This document shows positions 19,811-29,503 of a stretch of DNA of 64,000 bases, one piece after another. The notes under the pieces are model-generated. The model worked only from the letters and a program-made list of their open reading frames with translations, was not told the DNA's origin and ran no database searches. The stretch's first letter is position 1; each line of letters opens with the position of its first letter. The position numbers and the translations under genes are program-made. Origin of the DNA: a virus (Duplodnaviria; Heunggongvirae; Uroviricota; Caudoviricetes); the IMG/VR virus record IMGVR_UViG_2740892441_000001, one strand, 5' to 3'.

Positions 19811-20119
19811 TTACCATTGCCAGCACTCAAGCCCTTCAACGACCGGTGCGCCACAATCAAAATGTACAGAGTCAAAGCCTACATCAAGTACTTTCTGAAT
19901 GTTCGCAATCGCGCCCTCGGATATACCATATCGACGCAACTCATCTTTCCAGTCATCGTCCTGTAACCCGGCGTGGACAATGCAACCGTACTCAATTTGT
20001 GAAACCCAATCCAGCTCATTGCTTGCGATCATGAATCGGCGAGCATCTTCCTCTGATGTATGAGATGAGCTGATCAATGCCACCTGGTAGGCTTGGGTAA
20101 TGTTCAACATTTCAACCAC
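19811..20119 (-). CDS. Hypothetical protein
   Basis: 102 aa; tandem conserved promoter elements at 20120-20195 upstream. Confidence 0.5.
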   Translation of the reverse strand: MVEMLNITQAYQVALISSSHTSEEDARRFMIASNELDWVSQIEYGCIVHAGLQDDDWKDELRRYGISEGAIANIQKVLDVGFDSVHFDCGAPVVEGLECWQW

Positions 20120-20271
20120 TCCGAAACAATTTGTTTTCTTATGTGGCTTATTATCTCAATCAACAAAAGGCAGAAAACAAATTGTTTTAGGGTTTGTTAA
20201 AGTCAGAAGGGATTGTGTCTATATGAAAATGCCCAGCGTATTGCCGGGCATTGTGAAGAATGGTTGCTTAA

Positions 20272-22305
20272 TTACTTAACCTGGTGGCCAGGTTTAGCAC
20301 CAGCATCCGGGCTTAACAGGAAGATGTCTTTCCCGCCGGGGCCAGCAGCCATCACCATGCCTTCGGAGATACCGAAACGCATTTTACGCGGAGCCAGGTT
20401 AGCCACCATAATGGTGTGACGGCCAATCAGTGCCTGTGGGTCTGGATAAGCGGAACGGATGCCTGAGAAGACATTGCGTTTTTCACCGCCGAGATCCAGC
20501 GTCAGGCGCAGCAGTTTGTCAGAACCTTCAACAAAGTCTGCGTTTTCGATCAGCGCCACGCGCAGGTCAACTTTGGCAAAGTCGTCAAAGGTGATGGTTT
20601 CCTGAATCGGGTCGTCTGCCAGCGGGCCAGTAACTGGCGCGGCAGTAGCTTTCACTTCTTCTTTAGACGCTTCCACCAATGCTTCCACCTGTTTCATGTC
20701 GATACGGTTATACAGTGCTTTGAACGGATTCACTTTATGGCCCAGCAGCGGTTGCTGGATACCATCCCAGGTCAGTTCTGTATTCAGGAATGCTTCTGCA
20801 CGTTCAGTCAGTTTCGGCAGTACCGGCTTCAGGTACGTCATCAGCACGCGGAACAGGTTAATGCCCATAGAGCAAATCGCCTGCAGATCGGCATCGCGTC
20901 CTTCCTGCTTCGCCACCACCCACGGAGCCTGTTCATCGACATAGCGGTTAGCCAGGTCAGCCAATGCCATGATTTCACGGATAGCTTTACCAAATTCGCG
21001 GCTTTCCCATGCTTCGCCAATCACTTCAGCGGCATCAGTAAAGGTTTTGTACAGTTGCGAGTCAGCCAGTTCGCTTGCCAGCACGCCGTCAAAACGCTTG
21101 TTGATAAAGCCTGCATTACGGGAGGCCAGGTTAACCACTTTGTTCACGATATCGGCATTCACGCGCTGAACGAAATCCTCCAGGTTGAGATCGATATCAT
21201 CAATGCGCGAAGAGAGTTTCGCAGTGTAGTAGTAACGCAGGCTGTCGGCGTCAAAATGATTCATCCAGGTGCTGGCTTTAATAAAGGTGCCGCGAGACTT
21301 GGACATCTTCGCGCCGTTCACCGTCACATAGCCGTGAACAAACAGGTTGGTCGGCTTGCGGAAGTTGCTGCCTTCCAGCATGGCAGGCCAGAACAGGCTG
21401 TGGAAGTAAACGATATCTTTACCGATGAAGTGGTACAGCTCGGCGGTGGAGTCTTTCTTCCAGTATTCATCGAAGCTGGTAGTGTCGCCGCGCTTGTCGC
21501 ACAGATTCTTGAAGGAACCCATGTAGCCAATCGGTGCGTCCAGCCAGACGTAGAAATATTTACCCGGCGCGTTCGGAATTTCAAAACCGAAGTAAGGTGC
21601 GTCGCGGGAGATATCCCACTGTTGCAGACCAGATTCAAACCACTCCTGCATTTTGTTTGCCACCTGCTCCTGCAACGCACCGCTGCGGGTCCATGCCTGC
21701 AACATTTCGCTGAAAGAGGGCAGATCAAAGAAGAAGTGTTCAGAATCACGCATTACCGGCGTAGCGCCAGAAACTACCGATTTCGGCTCAATCAGTTCAG
21801 TCGGGCTGTAGGTCGCGCCGCAAACTTCACAGTTATCGCCGTATTGATCTGGCGCTTTACATTTCGGACAGGTGCCTTTCACAAAACGATCCGGCAGGAA
21901 CATGCCTTTTTCCGGGTCGTACAACTGAGAGATAGTGCGGTTTTTAATAAAACCGTTCTCTTTCAGGCGAGTATAGATAAGCTCAGACAGCTGGCGGTTC
22001 TCTTCGCTGTGCGTCGAGTGATAGTTGTCATAGCTGATGTTAAAGCCTGCGAAATCAGTCTGGTGTTCCTGGCTCATTTCGCCAATCATCTGTTCCGGTG
22101 TGATACCAAGCTGCTGTGCTTTCAGCATGATCGGCGTACCGTGGGCATCGTCGGCGCAGATGAAGTTGACCTCGTGGCCGCGCATTCGCTGGTAACGGAC
22201 CCAGACATCAGCCTGGATGTGCTCCAGCATATGGCCGAGGTGGATTGAGCCGTTAGCGTACGGCAGCGCGCACGTCACCAGAATTTTCTTCGCGACTTGG
22301 GTCAT
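20272..22305 (-). CDS. metG: Methionine--tRNA ligase (methionyl-tRNA synthetase), enterobacterial type
   Basis: 677 aa from [26 protein letters not shown]... with HIGH (HLGH) and KMSKS motifs; recalled as near-identical to E. coli MetG; start reassigned to 22305. Confidence 0.97.
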   Translation of the reverse strand: MTQVAKKILVTCALPYANGSIHLGHMLEHIQADVWVRYQRMRGHEVNFICADDAHGTPIMLKAQQLGITPEQMIGEMSQEHQTDFAGFNISYDNYHSTHSEENRQLSELIYTRLKENGFIKNRTISQLYDPEKGMFLPDRFVKGTCPKCKAPDQYGDNCEVCGATYSPTELIEPKSVVSGATPVMRDSEHFFFDLPSFSEMLQAWTRSGALQEQVANKMQEWFESGLQQWDISRDAPYFGFEIPNAPGKYFYVWLDAPIGYMGSFKNLCDKRGDTTSFDEYWKKDSTAELYHFIGKDIVYFHSLFWPAMLEGSNFRKPTNLFVHGYVTVNGAKMSKSRGTFIKASTWMNHFDADSLRYYYTAKLSSRIDDIDLNLEDFVQRVNADIVNKVVNLASRNAGFINKRFDGVLASELADSQLYKTFTDAAEVIGEAWESREFGKAIREIMALADLANRYVDEQAPWVVAKQEGRDADLQAICSMGINLFRVLMTYLKPVLPKLTERAEAFLNTELTWDGIQQPLLGHKVNPFKALYNRIDMKQVEALVEASKEEVKATAAPVTGPLADDPIQETITFDDFAKVDLRVALIENADFVEGSDKLLRLTLDLGGEKRNVFSGIRSAYPDPQALIGRHTIMVANLAPRKMRFGISEGMVMAAGPGGKDIFLLSPDAGAKPGHQVK

Positions 22306-22462
22306 AGTAGGCATTACTTCTTTGTAGTGAAAAGGGGCTTGATAGTAACAAAATGGCCTTATGTCTGCCATGTGATAACAGCATTTCTCATAAATGATTA
22401 AATGTCGTAGCTGGAGTACACTACAAGGCGACAATTGCGCAAATTAAAATAAAGGAGACGGG

Positions 22463-23563
22463 ATGAGCGAGTCCAAATCGCCGGATGCCCTGAGAGCAAT
22501 GGTAGCCGGTACGCTGGCTAATTTTCAGCACCCAACCCTGAAGCACAACCTGACTACGCTTAAAGCGTTACACCATGTTGCGTTGATGGATGACACACTG
22601 CATGTCGAACTAATCATGCCTTTCGTGTGGAATAAGCCTTTTGAAGACCTGAAAGAGCAATGTAGTGGTGATCTGCTCCGTATCACTGGCGCAAAGGCTA
22701 TCGACTGGAAGCTGTCGTACAACATTGCCACGCTTAAGCGCGTCAAAAACCAACCAGGCATTAATGGCGTTAAGAACATCATCGCCGTCAGCTCAGGCAA
22801 GGGCGGTGTAGGCAAATCGTCCACAGCAGTAAACTTGGCACTGGCGTTGGCTGCTGAAGGTGCGAAAGTTGGTATTTTGGATGCCGATATCTACGGTCCA
22901 TCAATTCCAACCATGCTGGGTGCGGAAAACCAACGTCCAACCTCACCGGACGGTACTCACATGGCACCTATCATGTCTCATGGCCTGGCAACCAACTCTA
23001 TTGGTTATCTGGTCACCGACGACAATGCAATGGTGTGGCGTGGACCGATGGCCAGCAAGGCGTTAATGCAGATGTTGCAGGAAACTCTATGGCCTGATCT
23101 GGACTATCTCGTTCTCGATATGCCGCCGGGCACTGGTGATATTCAATTGACGCTGGCGCAGAACATTCCTGTAACTGGTGCTGTTGTGGTAACTACGCCG
23201 CAAGATATCGCGCTGATCGATGCGAAGAAAGGCATTGTGATGTTCGAAAAAGTCGAAGTGCCGGTACTGGGTATCGTCGAAAACATGAGTGTGCATATTT
23301 GCAGTAACTGCGGTCATCACGAGCCAATTTTTGGCACCGGTGGCGCACAGAAGCTGGCCGAGAAATACAACACGCAGTTGTTAGGCCAAATGCCACTTCA
23401 TATCTCTCTTCGTGAAGATCTGGATAACGGAACACCAACCGTTATTAGTCGTCCAGATAGCGAATTTACGGCTATTTATCGTGACCTCGCAGATCGCGTT
23501 GCTGCCCAAATGTATTGGCAAGGTGAAGTAATACCTGGCGAAATCGCATTCCGCGCAGTGTGA
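22463..23563 (+). CDS. apbC: Iron-sulfur cluster carrier protein ApbC/Mrp (P-loop ATPase)
   Basis: 366 aa; deviant Walker A SGKGGVGKSS and CxxC motif (CSNCGH); divergent from metG with enterobacterial-type intergenic region. Confidence 0.95.
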   Translation: MSESKSPDALRAMVAGTLANFQHPTLKHNLTTLKALHHVALMDDTLHVELIMPFVWNKPFEDLKEQCSGDLLRITGAKAIDWKLSYNIATLKRVKNQPGINGVKNIIAVSSGKGGVGKSSTAVNLALALAAEGAKVGILDADIYGPSIPTMLGAENQRPTSPDGTHMAPIMSHGLATNSIGYLVTDDNAMVWRGPMASKALMQMLQETLWPDLDYLVLDMPPGTGDIQLTLAQNIPVTGAVVVTTPQDIALIDAKKGIVMFEKVEVPVLGIVENMSVHICSNCGHHEPIFGTGGAQKLAEKYNTQLLGQMPLHISLREDLDNGTPTVISRPDSEFTAIYRDLADRVAAQMYWQGEVIPGEIAFRAV

Positions 23564-23565
23564 TA

Positions 23566-23590
23566 AAAAGGTGGTGCAATGCACCACCTA
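23566..23590 (+). terminator. Hairpin GGTGGTGCAATGCACCACC after apbC
   Basis: Perfect inverted repeat immediately after apbC stop. Confidence 0.5.
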
Positions 23591-23600
23591 AACAGTTCTC

Positions 23601-23990
23601 CTACATCACAGGACAATCATCAAACTCGCCACTTCTTGCGTCGTTGATAATGTGAGTGATCACACCAAACACGGCATTGCTGCCCGTGCATCCATCATCA
23701 TCCTTTGGCAATGCTTCCTTCTTACCAGTTCTTAAATCCTCCAGATGCTGACGTGGATACTTCCGGTATCTTTTTACGCGATATTCCCCATCCAGAGCAC
23801 ATACAAGAAGAGATCCATCAACAGGAGTGAGTGAGGAATCGACCACCAGCAATGCACCCTGCAATATTCCCTCACGATGATGACTATCAGCCGCCCTCAT
23901 GAAGTAGGTCGCTGAAGGATGTCTAATTATCTGCTGATCAAGAGAAATACGGCTCTCTGCATAATCCGCCGCAGGAGATGGGAAGCCCAT
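23601..23990 (-). CDS. UmuD'-like S24 peptidase-fold protein (HumD-like, lacks UmuD N-terminal arm)
   Basis: 129 aa starting MGFPSPAADYAESR, matching E. coli UmuD from Gly25 onward; conserved Ser and Lys positions present; LexA box upstream. Confidence 0.85.
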   Translation of the reverse strand: MGFPSPAADYAESRISLDQQIIRHPSATYFMRAADSHHREGILQGALLVVDSSLTPVDGSLLVCALDGEYRVKRYRKYPRQHLEDLRTGKKEALPKDDDGCTGSNAVFGVITHIINDARSGEFDDCPVM

Positions 23991-24008
23991 AGCGTTTTCA
24001 CCTCAAAA

Positions 24009-24028
24009 TACTGTTTATATATACAGTA
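24009..24028. promoter_or_regulatory. LexA (SOS) box TACTGTTTATATATACAGTA
   Basis: Perfect CTGT-N8-ACAG palindrome 19-38 nt upstream of the UmuD'-like start, overlapping a TATACT -10-like hexamer. Confidence 0.8.
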
Positions 24029-24120
24029 TACATGAAAGAAACCCACTTAGTGCAACCGATCGAGACTCTTCACCAAACAAAAATATTTTTCTCAAATAAG
24101 AAAAGGCAGAAAACAAATTG

Positions 24121-24150
24121 TTTAAGGCCACTAGTTGTGGCCTTAATGGG
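24121..24150. terminator. Hairpin AAGGCCACTAGTTGTGGCCTT (terminator-like) after gene 24161-24685
   Basis: Stem-loop read directly; same family as 28300-28325. Confidence 0.4.
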
Positions 24151-24160
24151 GGAGGGGTGC

Positions 24161-24685
24161 TTATTGGCTATGGCTAAAAATCAAATGAGACACTTCATGT
24201 GGTTGTAGCTCGTCAAGATCCGGGGCCACAAAACCTTTTCCGAAAGACTTCACAAGTGATTCACCAGCCGCATCATTGTCACCTATTACGCGAAAGTCAT
24301 ACGGCAGCATTGCCAGTTGACGACGTAATCCTGCTGAGAAAGTCGAACCTAACAGCGCCCACGAATTTCCGCCCGCGTTGTGCACTGCTGCACTTTTAAA
24401 AATCGACTCAGTTATCCATATCGGTCCATCTTTTAAAGGAAGATAGGTTCCCCATAGTAGCTGTCTGCCGTGCGCTCGTGTGAAATACCGGGCCATCTTC
24501 GGATTGCTATGCTGCTTAGGAGCGCCTGGTCTGTATGTCTGATACCCGGCCAACATCCCATCAAACCTGTATAGAGGGAACGTAACAACTCCTTCGCTTT
24601 CATCGATCCACTGTCTATATGGATGCACATCATGGCGGTAGTTGCGAGTTAGCAAATGAGCTTCCAGCTTTCCAAATTTGGTCAT
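24161..24685 (-). CDS. TOPRIM-domain protein (primase-like fold)
   Basis: Start set at MTKFGKLEAH; segments ITESIFKSAAVHNAGGNSWALLG and VIGDNDAAGE resemble TOPRIM E...DxD motifs. Confidence 0.45.
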   Translation of the reverse strand: MTKFGKLEAHLLTRNYRHDVHPYRQWIDESEGVVTFPLYRFDGMLAGYQTYRPGAPKQHSNPKMARYFTRAHGRQLLWGTYLPLKDGPIWITESIFKSAAVHNAGGNSWALLGSTFSAGLRRQLAMLPYDFRVIGDNDAAGESLVKSFGKGFVAPDLDELQPHEVSHLIFSHSQ

Positions 24686-24698
24686 AACTTCGCATCCC

Positions 24699-25553
24699 TC
24701 ATAACACTTCCCATTTATCACCATATTTCTCCATAGCTCTTAGCCAGTAAACATGGCCACTAGGCATAGTGATGTGAGGCTCGCCAAACTCTTCTCCATG
24801 CACATCAAAGATGTCCCCAACAGAGAATTGGGGGATTTCTACGCCGTTTTCACCTATATGCGTAATTCGTATACGTTTCGGTTGAAATTGTCCACCTTTG
24901 AGCGAGTTGTTCACTGCTCTGGCAATTTTCTCCCGCAATTGCTGCGTTACGTGGTACTGAACCGCAATATCCCGCAACTCGTTCACCAGTTCTCTAATCT
25001 GGTGATCTTTAAGCTCATTATTTGGGTGATGGGCAACAACTCTGGTTAATTCACCCTTGTCTTTTGCTCTTACGTATGCAGCTCTTGTGCATTCGACCCA
25101 TGTATTACCGCCTACATTAACTTCGTAGATTAGGCTGGACTTATCTGTCAATTCGGAACAAATACGGGCCGTGGTCTGGCAACTAGAGCATTCGCAGTTA
25201 TCGCGGAAACCGTGGTCTACTGGCTGCGGTTTCACATCATCAACTTTTTCTACCCTATTGGAATTTAAATACTTCGAAGCCTTGCTATGCCAATCGCTGG
25301 TTTTAGGATCTTGTCCATCCATCAAACGCCAGGCTTCAGCGATTAACTCATAACTAGTGACTGTAGCTTCCTGCGCATCACCAATAAGTCGTGTAATCTC
25401 TCTTTCAAGCCGACCGCCTAGCTCTGTTTTAGTGCAATGTTCTGACCAATCGCCAGCCTCAAGCAGCGCGAGAATGCTTAAAATATCGTCCAATAGAACG
25501 GTAGTATTATCGACTTCCTTCTGAAACTCACCGGCTACTGATTTATGCATCAT
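24699..25553 (-). CDS. Hypothetical protein
   Basis: 284 aa ORF in operon with the TOPRIM gene; cysteine cluster CECSSC. Confidence 0.5.
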   Translation of the reverse strand: MMHKSVAGEFQKEVDNTTVLLDDILSILALLEAGDWSEHCTKTELGGRLEREITRLIGDAQEATVTSYELIAEAWRLMDGQDPKTSDWHSKASKYLNSNRVEKVDDVKPQPVDHGFRDNCECSSCQTTARICSELTDKSSLIYEVNVGGNTWVECTRAAYVRAKDKGELTRVVAHHPNNELKDHQIRELVNELRDIAVQYHVTQQLREKIARAVNNSLKGGQFQPKRIRITHIGENGVEIPQFSVGDIFDVHGEEFGEPHITMPSGHVYWLRAMEKYGDKWEVL

Positions 25554-25852
25554 TCGTCATCCTCATCCGAGTCATCCTCATCACAGGATGAGAGTAGTGG
25601 GTTAGTCATTCGCCCTACTTGAGTGGCGTAGCCACGCCGACAGAGATTGCGCAGCACACTGTATATTTCGAACATCTCGGTTCGTTCATCGCCAACATCA
25701 AGCTCAGATGCTATAGCGTGGCATTCAGTCGCGAGAGCCGATATTTTCTGAAATAACTCTGCTTTATTCACTCTTAGACTCCTGCGGAGGTTCTGGTAGC
25801 GGCATCCAGTGAGTTGCTTGCTCAATACCATTACCCGGCTTAATCGTTGCAT
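25550..25852 (-). CDS. Hypothetical protein with acidic C-terminal tail
   Basis: 100 aa ending CDEDDSDEDDE; start uncertain. Confidence 0.35.
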   Translation of the reverse strand: MQRLSRVMVLSKQLTGCRYQNLRRSLRVNKAELFQKISALATECHAIASELDVGDERTEMFEIYSVLRNLCRRGYATQVGRMTNPLLSSCDEDDSDEDDE

Positions 25853-26498
25853 CTCCGCGCCGAAAGGTGCTTCCGGTATAGCGTGCGGAGCATATTAGCG
25901 GTTCAACCAGAGAGCTATCGAAATTCACCGAAATAAGCACGTTCTGGCCCTTTTCAGGCATTCGCTCACTACAGCTTATCCAACCATCCGGAGTTACCGG
26001 ATTGTTGCCAGCCTCATACGCGACCCTTATCCAGTGCATAAGCATTTCAGTACTTACACATCCACAATCAACATCAATTTTGTCATGCTGCTGTTCCAGC
26101 CATTGCTCAAAAGTTAACTTGTAAGTTTGGCTTACAGGTTTGGCTTCCAGTTCTGCTATGTGATTTTTGGCTGATTCCAACTCAATCGACAATTTTTCCA
26201 ACTGCTCTTTATGATTTTTATATTCCTGATATGCGTGCCAAGACTGACCTTTGCGCACACTATCAGTGATATCAGCAACCTGCTCTGGTGTTAGCGTGGT
26301 CAGTGGCTGTGCTGGAAAAATCATCACTTGCCCGGCATCCCAATCAAAACCCGCCTGAATTGACTGAACCTCAACTGATGGTGTTGAACCGATGCGACCA
26401 GGCGAATGAACAACGATCGTTACATCCATATCGCGACGATGGCTGTGGTTGTTGGACAAAATACGATTCACCGACTCAGAAAATTTGGAAAATTTCAT
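25764..26498 (-). CDS. Hypothetical phage protein (DUF551-like C-terminus)
   Basis: Start set at MKFSKF; C-terminal WMPLPEPP segment typical of a common phage domain of unknown function. Confidence 0.5.
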   Translation of the reverse strand: MKFSKFSESVNRILSNNHSHRRDMDVTIVVHSPGRIGSTPSVEVQSIQAGFDWDAGQVMIFPAQPLTTLTPEQVADITDSVRKGQSWHAYQEYKNHKEQLEKLSIELESAKNHIAELEAKPVSQTYKLTFEQWLEQQHDKIDVDCGCVSTEMLMHWIRVAYEAGNNPVTPDGWISCSERMPEKGQNVLISVNFDSSLVEPLICSARYTGSTFRRGDATIKPGNGIEQATHWMPLPEPPQESKSE

Positions 26499-26821
26499 GC
26501 TGACCCCTCTTTCTCTCCCCGGATAATTCTGTTGCACACATCCACACACTCGTCGCAGATGAAAACGGCGTCCCCAGCAATTAACTTTTTGACGGCGTAC
26601 TGGGATTTGTTGCAGAAGCTGCAACAAAGTGTTCGCCTGGCTGATAAGGATGGAGCGCCAGATGTCAGCCGCTCCATATCGTTCTTGCGACGCAATATCA
26701 CACGGCTGAACTCAACCAGTTTCTCCGGGGATATCTCCTCCTCCTCCGTAGCGAGCGTCTCTAGTCGTTCGAGTATGTGGAAGGCTTTTTCCTGGGTAAT
26801 TGCAGAATGCGATGTGGTCAT
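26495..26821 (-). CDS. Small protein with ClpX-type C4 zinc finger
   Basis: C-terminal [31 protein letters not shown] closely matches the ClpX N-terminal zinc-binding domain. Confidence 0.55.
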   Translation of the reverse strand: MTTSHSAITQEKAFHILERLETLATEEEEISPEKLVEFSRVILRRKNDMERLTSGAPSLSARRTLCCSFCNKSQYAVKKLIAGDAVFICDECVDVCNRIIRGEKEGSA

Positions 26822-26822
26822 C

Positions 26823-27434
26823 TCACTCTCCTTTGATGCGAATGCCAGGGGCGCGTGGCACATTAACTTCCACGATGCGCACTGTTGGTTTGTACATCTC
26901 AATCGCTGTCAGCCAGTCAGCTCCTGTCATGCGCTTTTCCGCATCGCCATTAGTCCACTGAACCGGTACACCAATAGCCTTCATCGCGATTTCTATTTCC
27001 CCGGCAATGGCGCTTTTTCCGCAACCAGTAAAACCAGATACAACGACCAGAACTTCACCTTTGGCTGGTTTTATTTCCCGTGCTTCCAGTTCTGCAATGC
27101 GCTTACTTCCATCCGAGATAACGCCCTCGTAATACTCACGCTGCTCGTTGAGTTTTGATTTTGCCAACTCCAGTTGTTTTGTTAGTTCTGCAATACGACA
27201 AACATCGTTGATACGCGTTTCCTCTAATGCGTTGCTCTCATCCAGTAGCGCCAGCACGGTTTCTGGTCCGGCCAGAAATTTGAAGGCGTTGAGGGCATCA
27301 ATATCAACACCGCTATCTTTAAGTTCCTGTTCGCTTATCAGATCATCATCAACTGGCAACATTAACAGGCGTTCCATTGCCGGAATTGCACGCTCTGCCG
27401 CCTCACGCAGTGCCTGATAGTCAATCTTGCTCAC
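26823..27434 (-). CDS. Hypothetical protein (Ead/Ea22-like coiled-coil protein)
   Basis: 203 aa; coiled-coil N-terminus, resembles lambdoid ea22-type early proteins by composition. Confidence 0.45.
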   Translation of the reverse strand: MSKIDYQALREAAERAIPAMERLLMLPVDDDLISEQELKDSGVDIDALNAFKFLAGPETVLALLDESNALEETRINDVCRIAELTKQLELAKSKLNEQREYYEGVISDGSKRIAELEAREIKPAKGEVLVVVSGFTGCGKSAIAGEIEIAMKAIGVPVQWTNGDAEKRMTGADWLTAIEMYKPTVRIVEVNVPRAPGIRIKGE

Positions 27435-27874
27435 TGGATGACTCCTTTACGAAGCAGTTCAGCAATACTTACGCATATCTCTGCGCCTCTAATCAGCCCC
27501 GGAACGTTCTTGTTTGGCCCAACTTCACCATCAACAAAATCAATCATCGCGTTACGAGCCATATCCACGCCCTGCGCACGTACTTCAGCCAGAAAAGCAT
27601 CGGTAGCTGGAGTTTCGCTGTGGTGCAGGGCATCGTTGATAATCATTGCAGCAACTCCGGCCTGCCCTGCATCCGTGACCGACACATGCTCAAGAGTTAC
27701 GGCCATTGCGTGTTTCAGCCCAGCGTTCTCTGCCACCAGCGCAGCGAGATTAGTCTCAAGCTCTGAAATTCGGCACGTGGCATCAATATTTGTGTCCTCC
27801 AGCCGCTTAATTTCATCCAGTAGTGCCAGCACATCCTGCGGATGCTCTTCGACCTCTTCAAATTCTTCTTCCAT
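27431..27874 (-). CDS. Hypothetical protein (Ead/Ea22-like)
   Basis: 147 aa acidic coiled-coil N-terminus; start overlaps upstream stop. Confidence 0.45.
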   Translation of the reverse strand: MEEEFEEVEEHPQDVLALLDEIKRLEDTNIDATCRISELETNLAALVAENAGLKHAMAVTLEHVSVTDAGQAGVAAMIINDALHHSETPATDAFLAEVRAQGVDMARNAMIDFVDGEVGPNKNVPGLIRGAEICVSIAELLRKGVIQ

Positions 27875-27908
27875 ATATCACCTCAAATAAGTGGTTTGCT
27901 GCCTGAGC

Positions 27909-28238
27909 TTATTTTGCTTTGAGCAACTTCATCGCTTCGTCAATGCGTGATTGTGTCCCTGCGTTTGGCTCCACTACCTGAAGGCGGCGGGCATCTTCAA
28001 GAAGTTTCGCAATCATTTCTTTAAGTACTTCGTTATCGTTATTCATGAGCGTGCTCCTGTCAGTTAGCTTTGAGTAACGCGCCGCGATTTGCATCTCCAC
28101 GGTTCCGTCATGCAATGCAACAATCTCTCGGACAGCAACCGGGTGGTTGATGTAGTCTTCGCCGGTATATTTTCTTTTCTGACCAACGCCACCATGAGCG
28201 CCAGCGGCGAACATATGAGCTTCGGAAATACTAGACAT
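27909..28238 (-). CDS. HD-domain protein resembling the RelA/SpoT (p)ppGpp-hydrolase N-terminal region
   Basis: AHMFAAGAHGGVGQKRKYTGEDYINHPVAV...ALHDG matches the SpoT/Mesh1 hydrolase motif including the HD dyad; only 109 aa so possibly truncated. Confidence 0.5.
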   Translation of the reverse strand: MSSISEAHMFAAGAHGGVGQKRKYTGEDYINHPVAVREIVALHDGTVEMQIAARYSKLTDRSTLMNNDNEVLKEMIAKLLEDARRLQVVEPNAGTQSRIDEAMKLLKAK

Positions 28239-28357
28239 TCTTAACTCCGTTGTTTTCTAGTTGTGGTTATTTTCACAAATAAGAAAAGGCAGAAAACAAT
28301 TTATTCAAGGCCACAACTTATGGCCTTTATTTATTCATGCCGAAGGATTTGTAGCGT

Positions 28358-28738
28358 CTAATTGCCGGATAAAATGGGGTGAGGTGCTTGCCAGTAGGCC
28401 CCACCGTTCCATGTGAACCCCATGCGAATAAGAGTGTTTATTGCGGCTTTGGTAGACTCCGATTCGACACTGGCTTTTCGAAACTCTTGAACCTCTTTCG
28501 CCAACTTGTATGTAATTGTGCAGGGGACGATTGCAGCCCAGCCTTTCTCATGACTGTTAATGACCATCTGGATGTGACCATCCAGAATAGGTTGATCAGG
28601 CATGTTATTGAAAACGTCTGCCTGTTTTTGAATGTGAAGAAAAAGCCTTGCCAGCTCCATTTGCTCACTACGAGACAAGGGATTATCAAGAGGGCTTTTT
28701 GCAAAAGCGGCTATACGCTGTGCGTCAATGCCAAACAT
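28358..28738 (-). CDS. Hypothetical protein
   Basis: 126 aa ORF. Confidence 0.5.
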   Translation of the reverse strand: MFGIDAQRIAAFAKSPLDNPLSRSEQMELARLFLHIQKQADVFNNMPDQPILDGHIQMVINSHEKGWAAIVPCTITYKLAKEVQEFRKASVESESTKAAINTLIRMGFTWNGGAYWQAPHPILSGN

Positions 28739-29442
28739 CAGCGCACCTCACCATCTTTATGGCTGGAGTTAACTTCCGCCATTAAATGTCTGACGTAATC
28801 GACAAGAGAGCCACCTGGTGGAATCTGGCATTCCTCAACTAACTGGAAGTAGATATCAGCAGCATTACGTGTATTGCTACCCGCGCATATTCTTTCTTCC
28901 CGAAGTGCATGAAGCTCGTTGATCAAACGGTCACACTCTCCGTTACGCTGATCCACAACAGCCTCAAGTTCTGCGACGCGTTCACCTGGCGTCTTACCTT
29001 CTTTGCGTTGGATGGTAACGACGAAATCGCCCATTTCAGGGACGTTGTAATCCAGCTCAAGGTAGTTTTTGGCACCGCTGCGGACGAACTCACCCGCGAA
29101 CATGGTGGCGAACATCGCAGAGGCCATTGTGCCGTTGAAAAGTGACTCCAGATCTAACGGAGTCCCGGCAGCCAGAGCCTCTTTTGCTGTATCCATTGCA
29201 TCCATGAACCGATCAAACTCATTGGCGCGCTTTTCCAGGTCTTTCCATTGCTCGCTCCAACGTTTGGCAACGAAGTCTATGAATGTTTTCGCGGATTCAT
29301 CAAAATCCCCCTCAAACTTAACGATGCCTTTATCAATAATGATCTGGCCTACCGCATCCTCTGCATAACCTTTCAATGTAAACTTGAAAGGAAAATCGGA
29401 ATGGCCTGTGACGTTAAAATGCTCTAACTGGAGGTTGCTCAT
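28738..29442 (-). CDS. Hypothetical protein
   Basis: 234 aa ORF, start overlaps downstream gene. Confidence 0.5.
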   Translation of the reverse strand: MSNLQLEHFNVTGHSDFPFKFTLKGYAEDAVGQIIIDKGIVKFEGDFDESAKTFIDFVAKRWSEQWKDLEKRANEFDRFMDAMDTAKEALAAGTPLDLESLFNGTMASAMFATMFAGEFVRSGAKNYLELDYNVPEMGDFVVTIQRKEGKTPGERVAELEAVVDQRNGECDRLINELHALREERICAGSNTRNAADIYFQLVEECQIPPGGSLVDYVRHLMAEVNSSHKDGEVR

Positions 29443-29503
29443 GTGTTTTTCTCTTATCGTTTAGTTACTACATTCTTACACAAATTAAGTAAGTATTTAC
29501 CTA

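Noticed and set aside
20737-22248. 503 aa plus-strand ORF antisense to metG
   Set aside because: It lies entirely within the well-supported metG coding region on the opposite strand and has an arginine/leucine-rich composition typical of an antisense artefact.
14824-28325. Repeated AAGGCCAC..GTGGCCTT hairpins as a possible CRISPR-like array
   Set aside because: Copies are kilobases apart, each after a gene stop, with no regular repeat-spacer periodicity and no cas genes; they look like terminator or processing hairpins.
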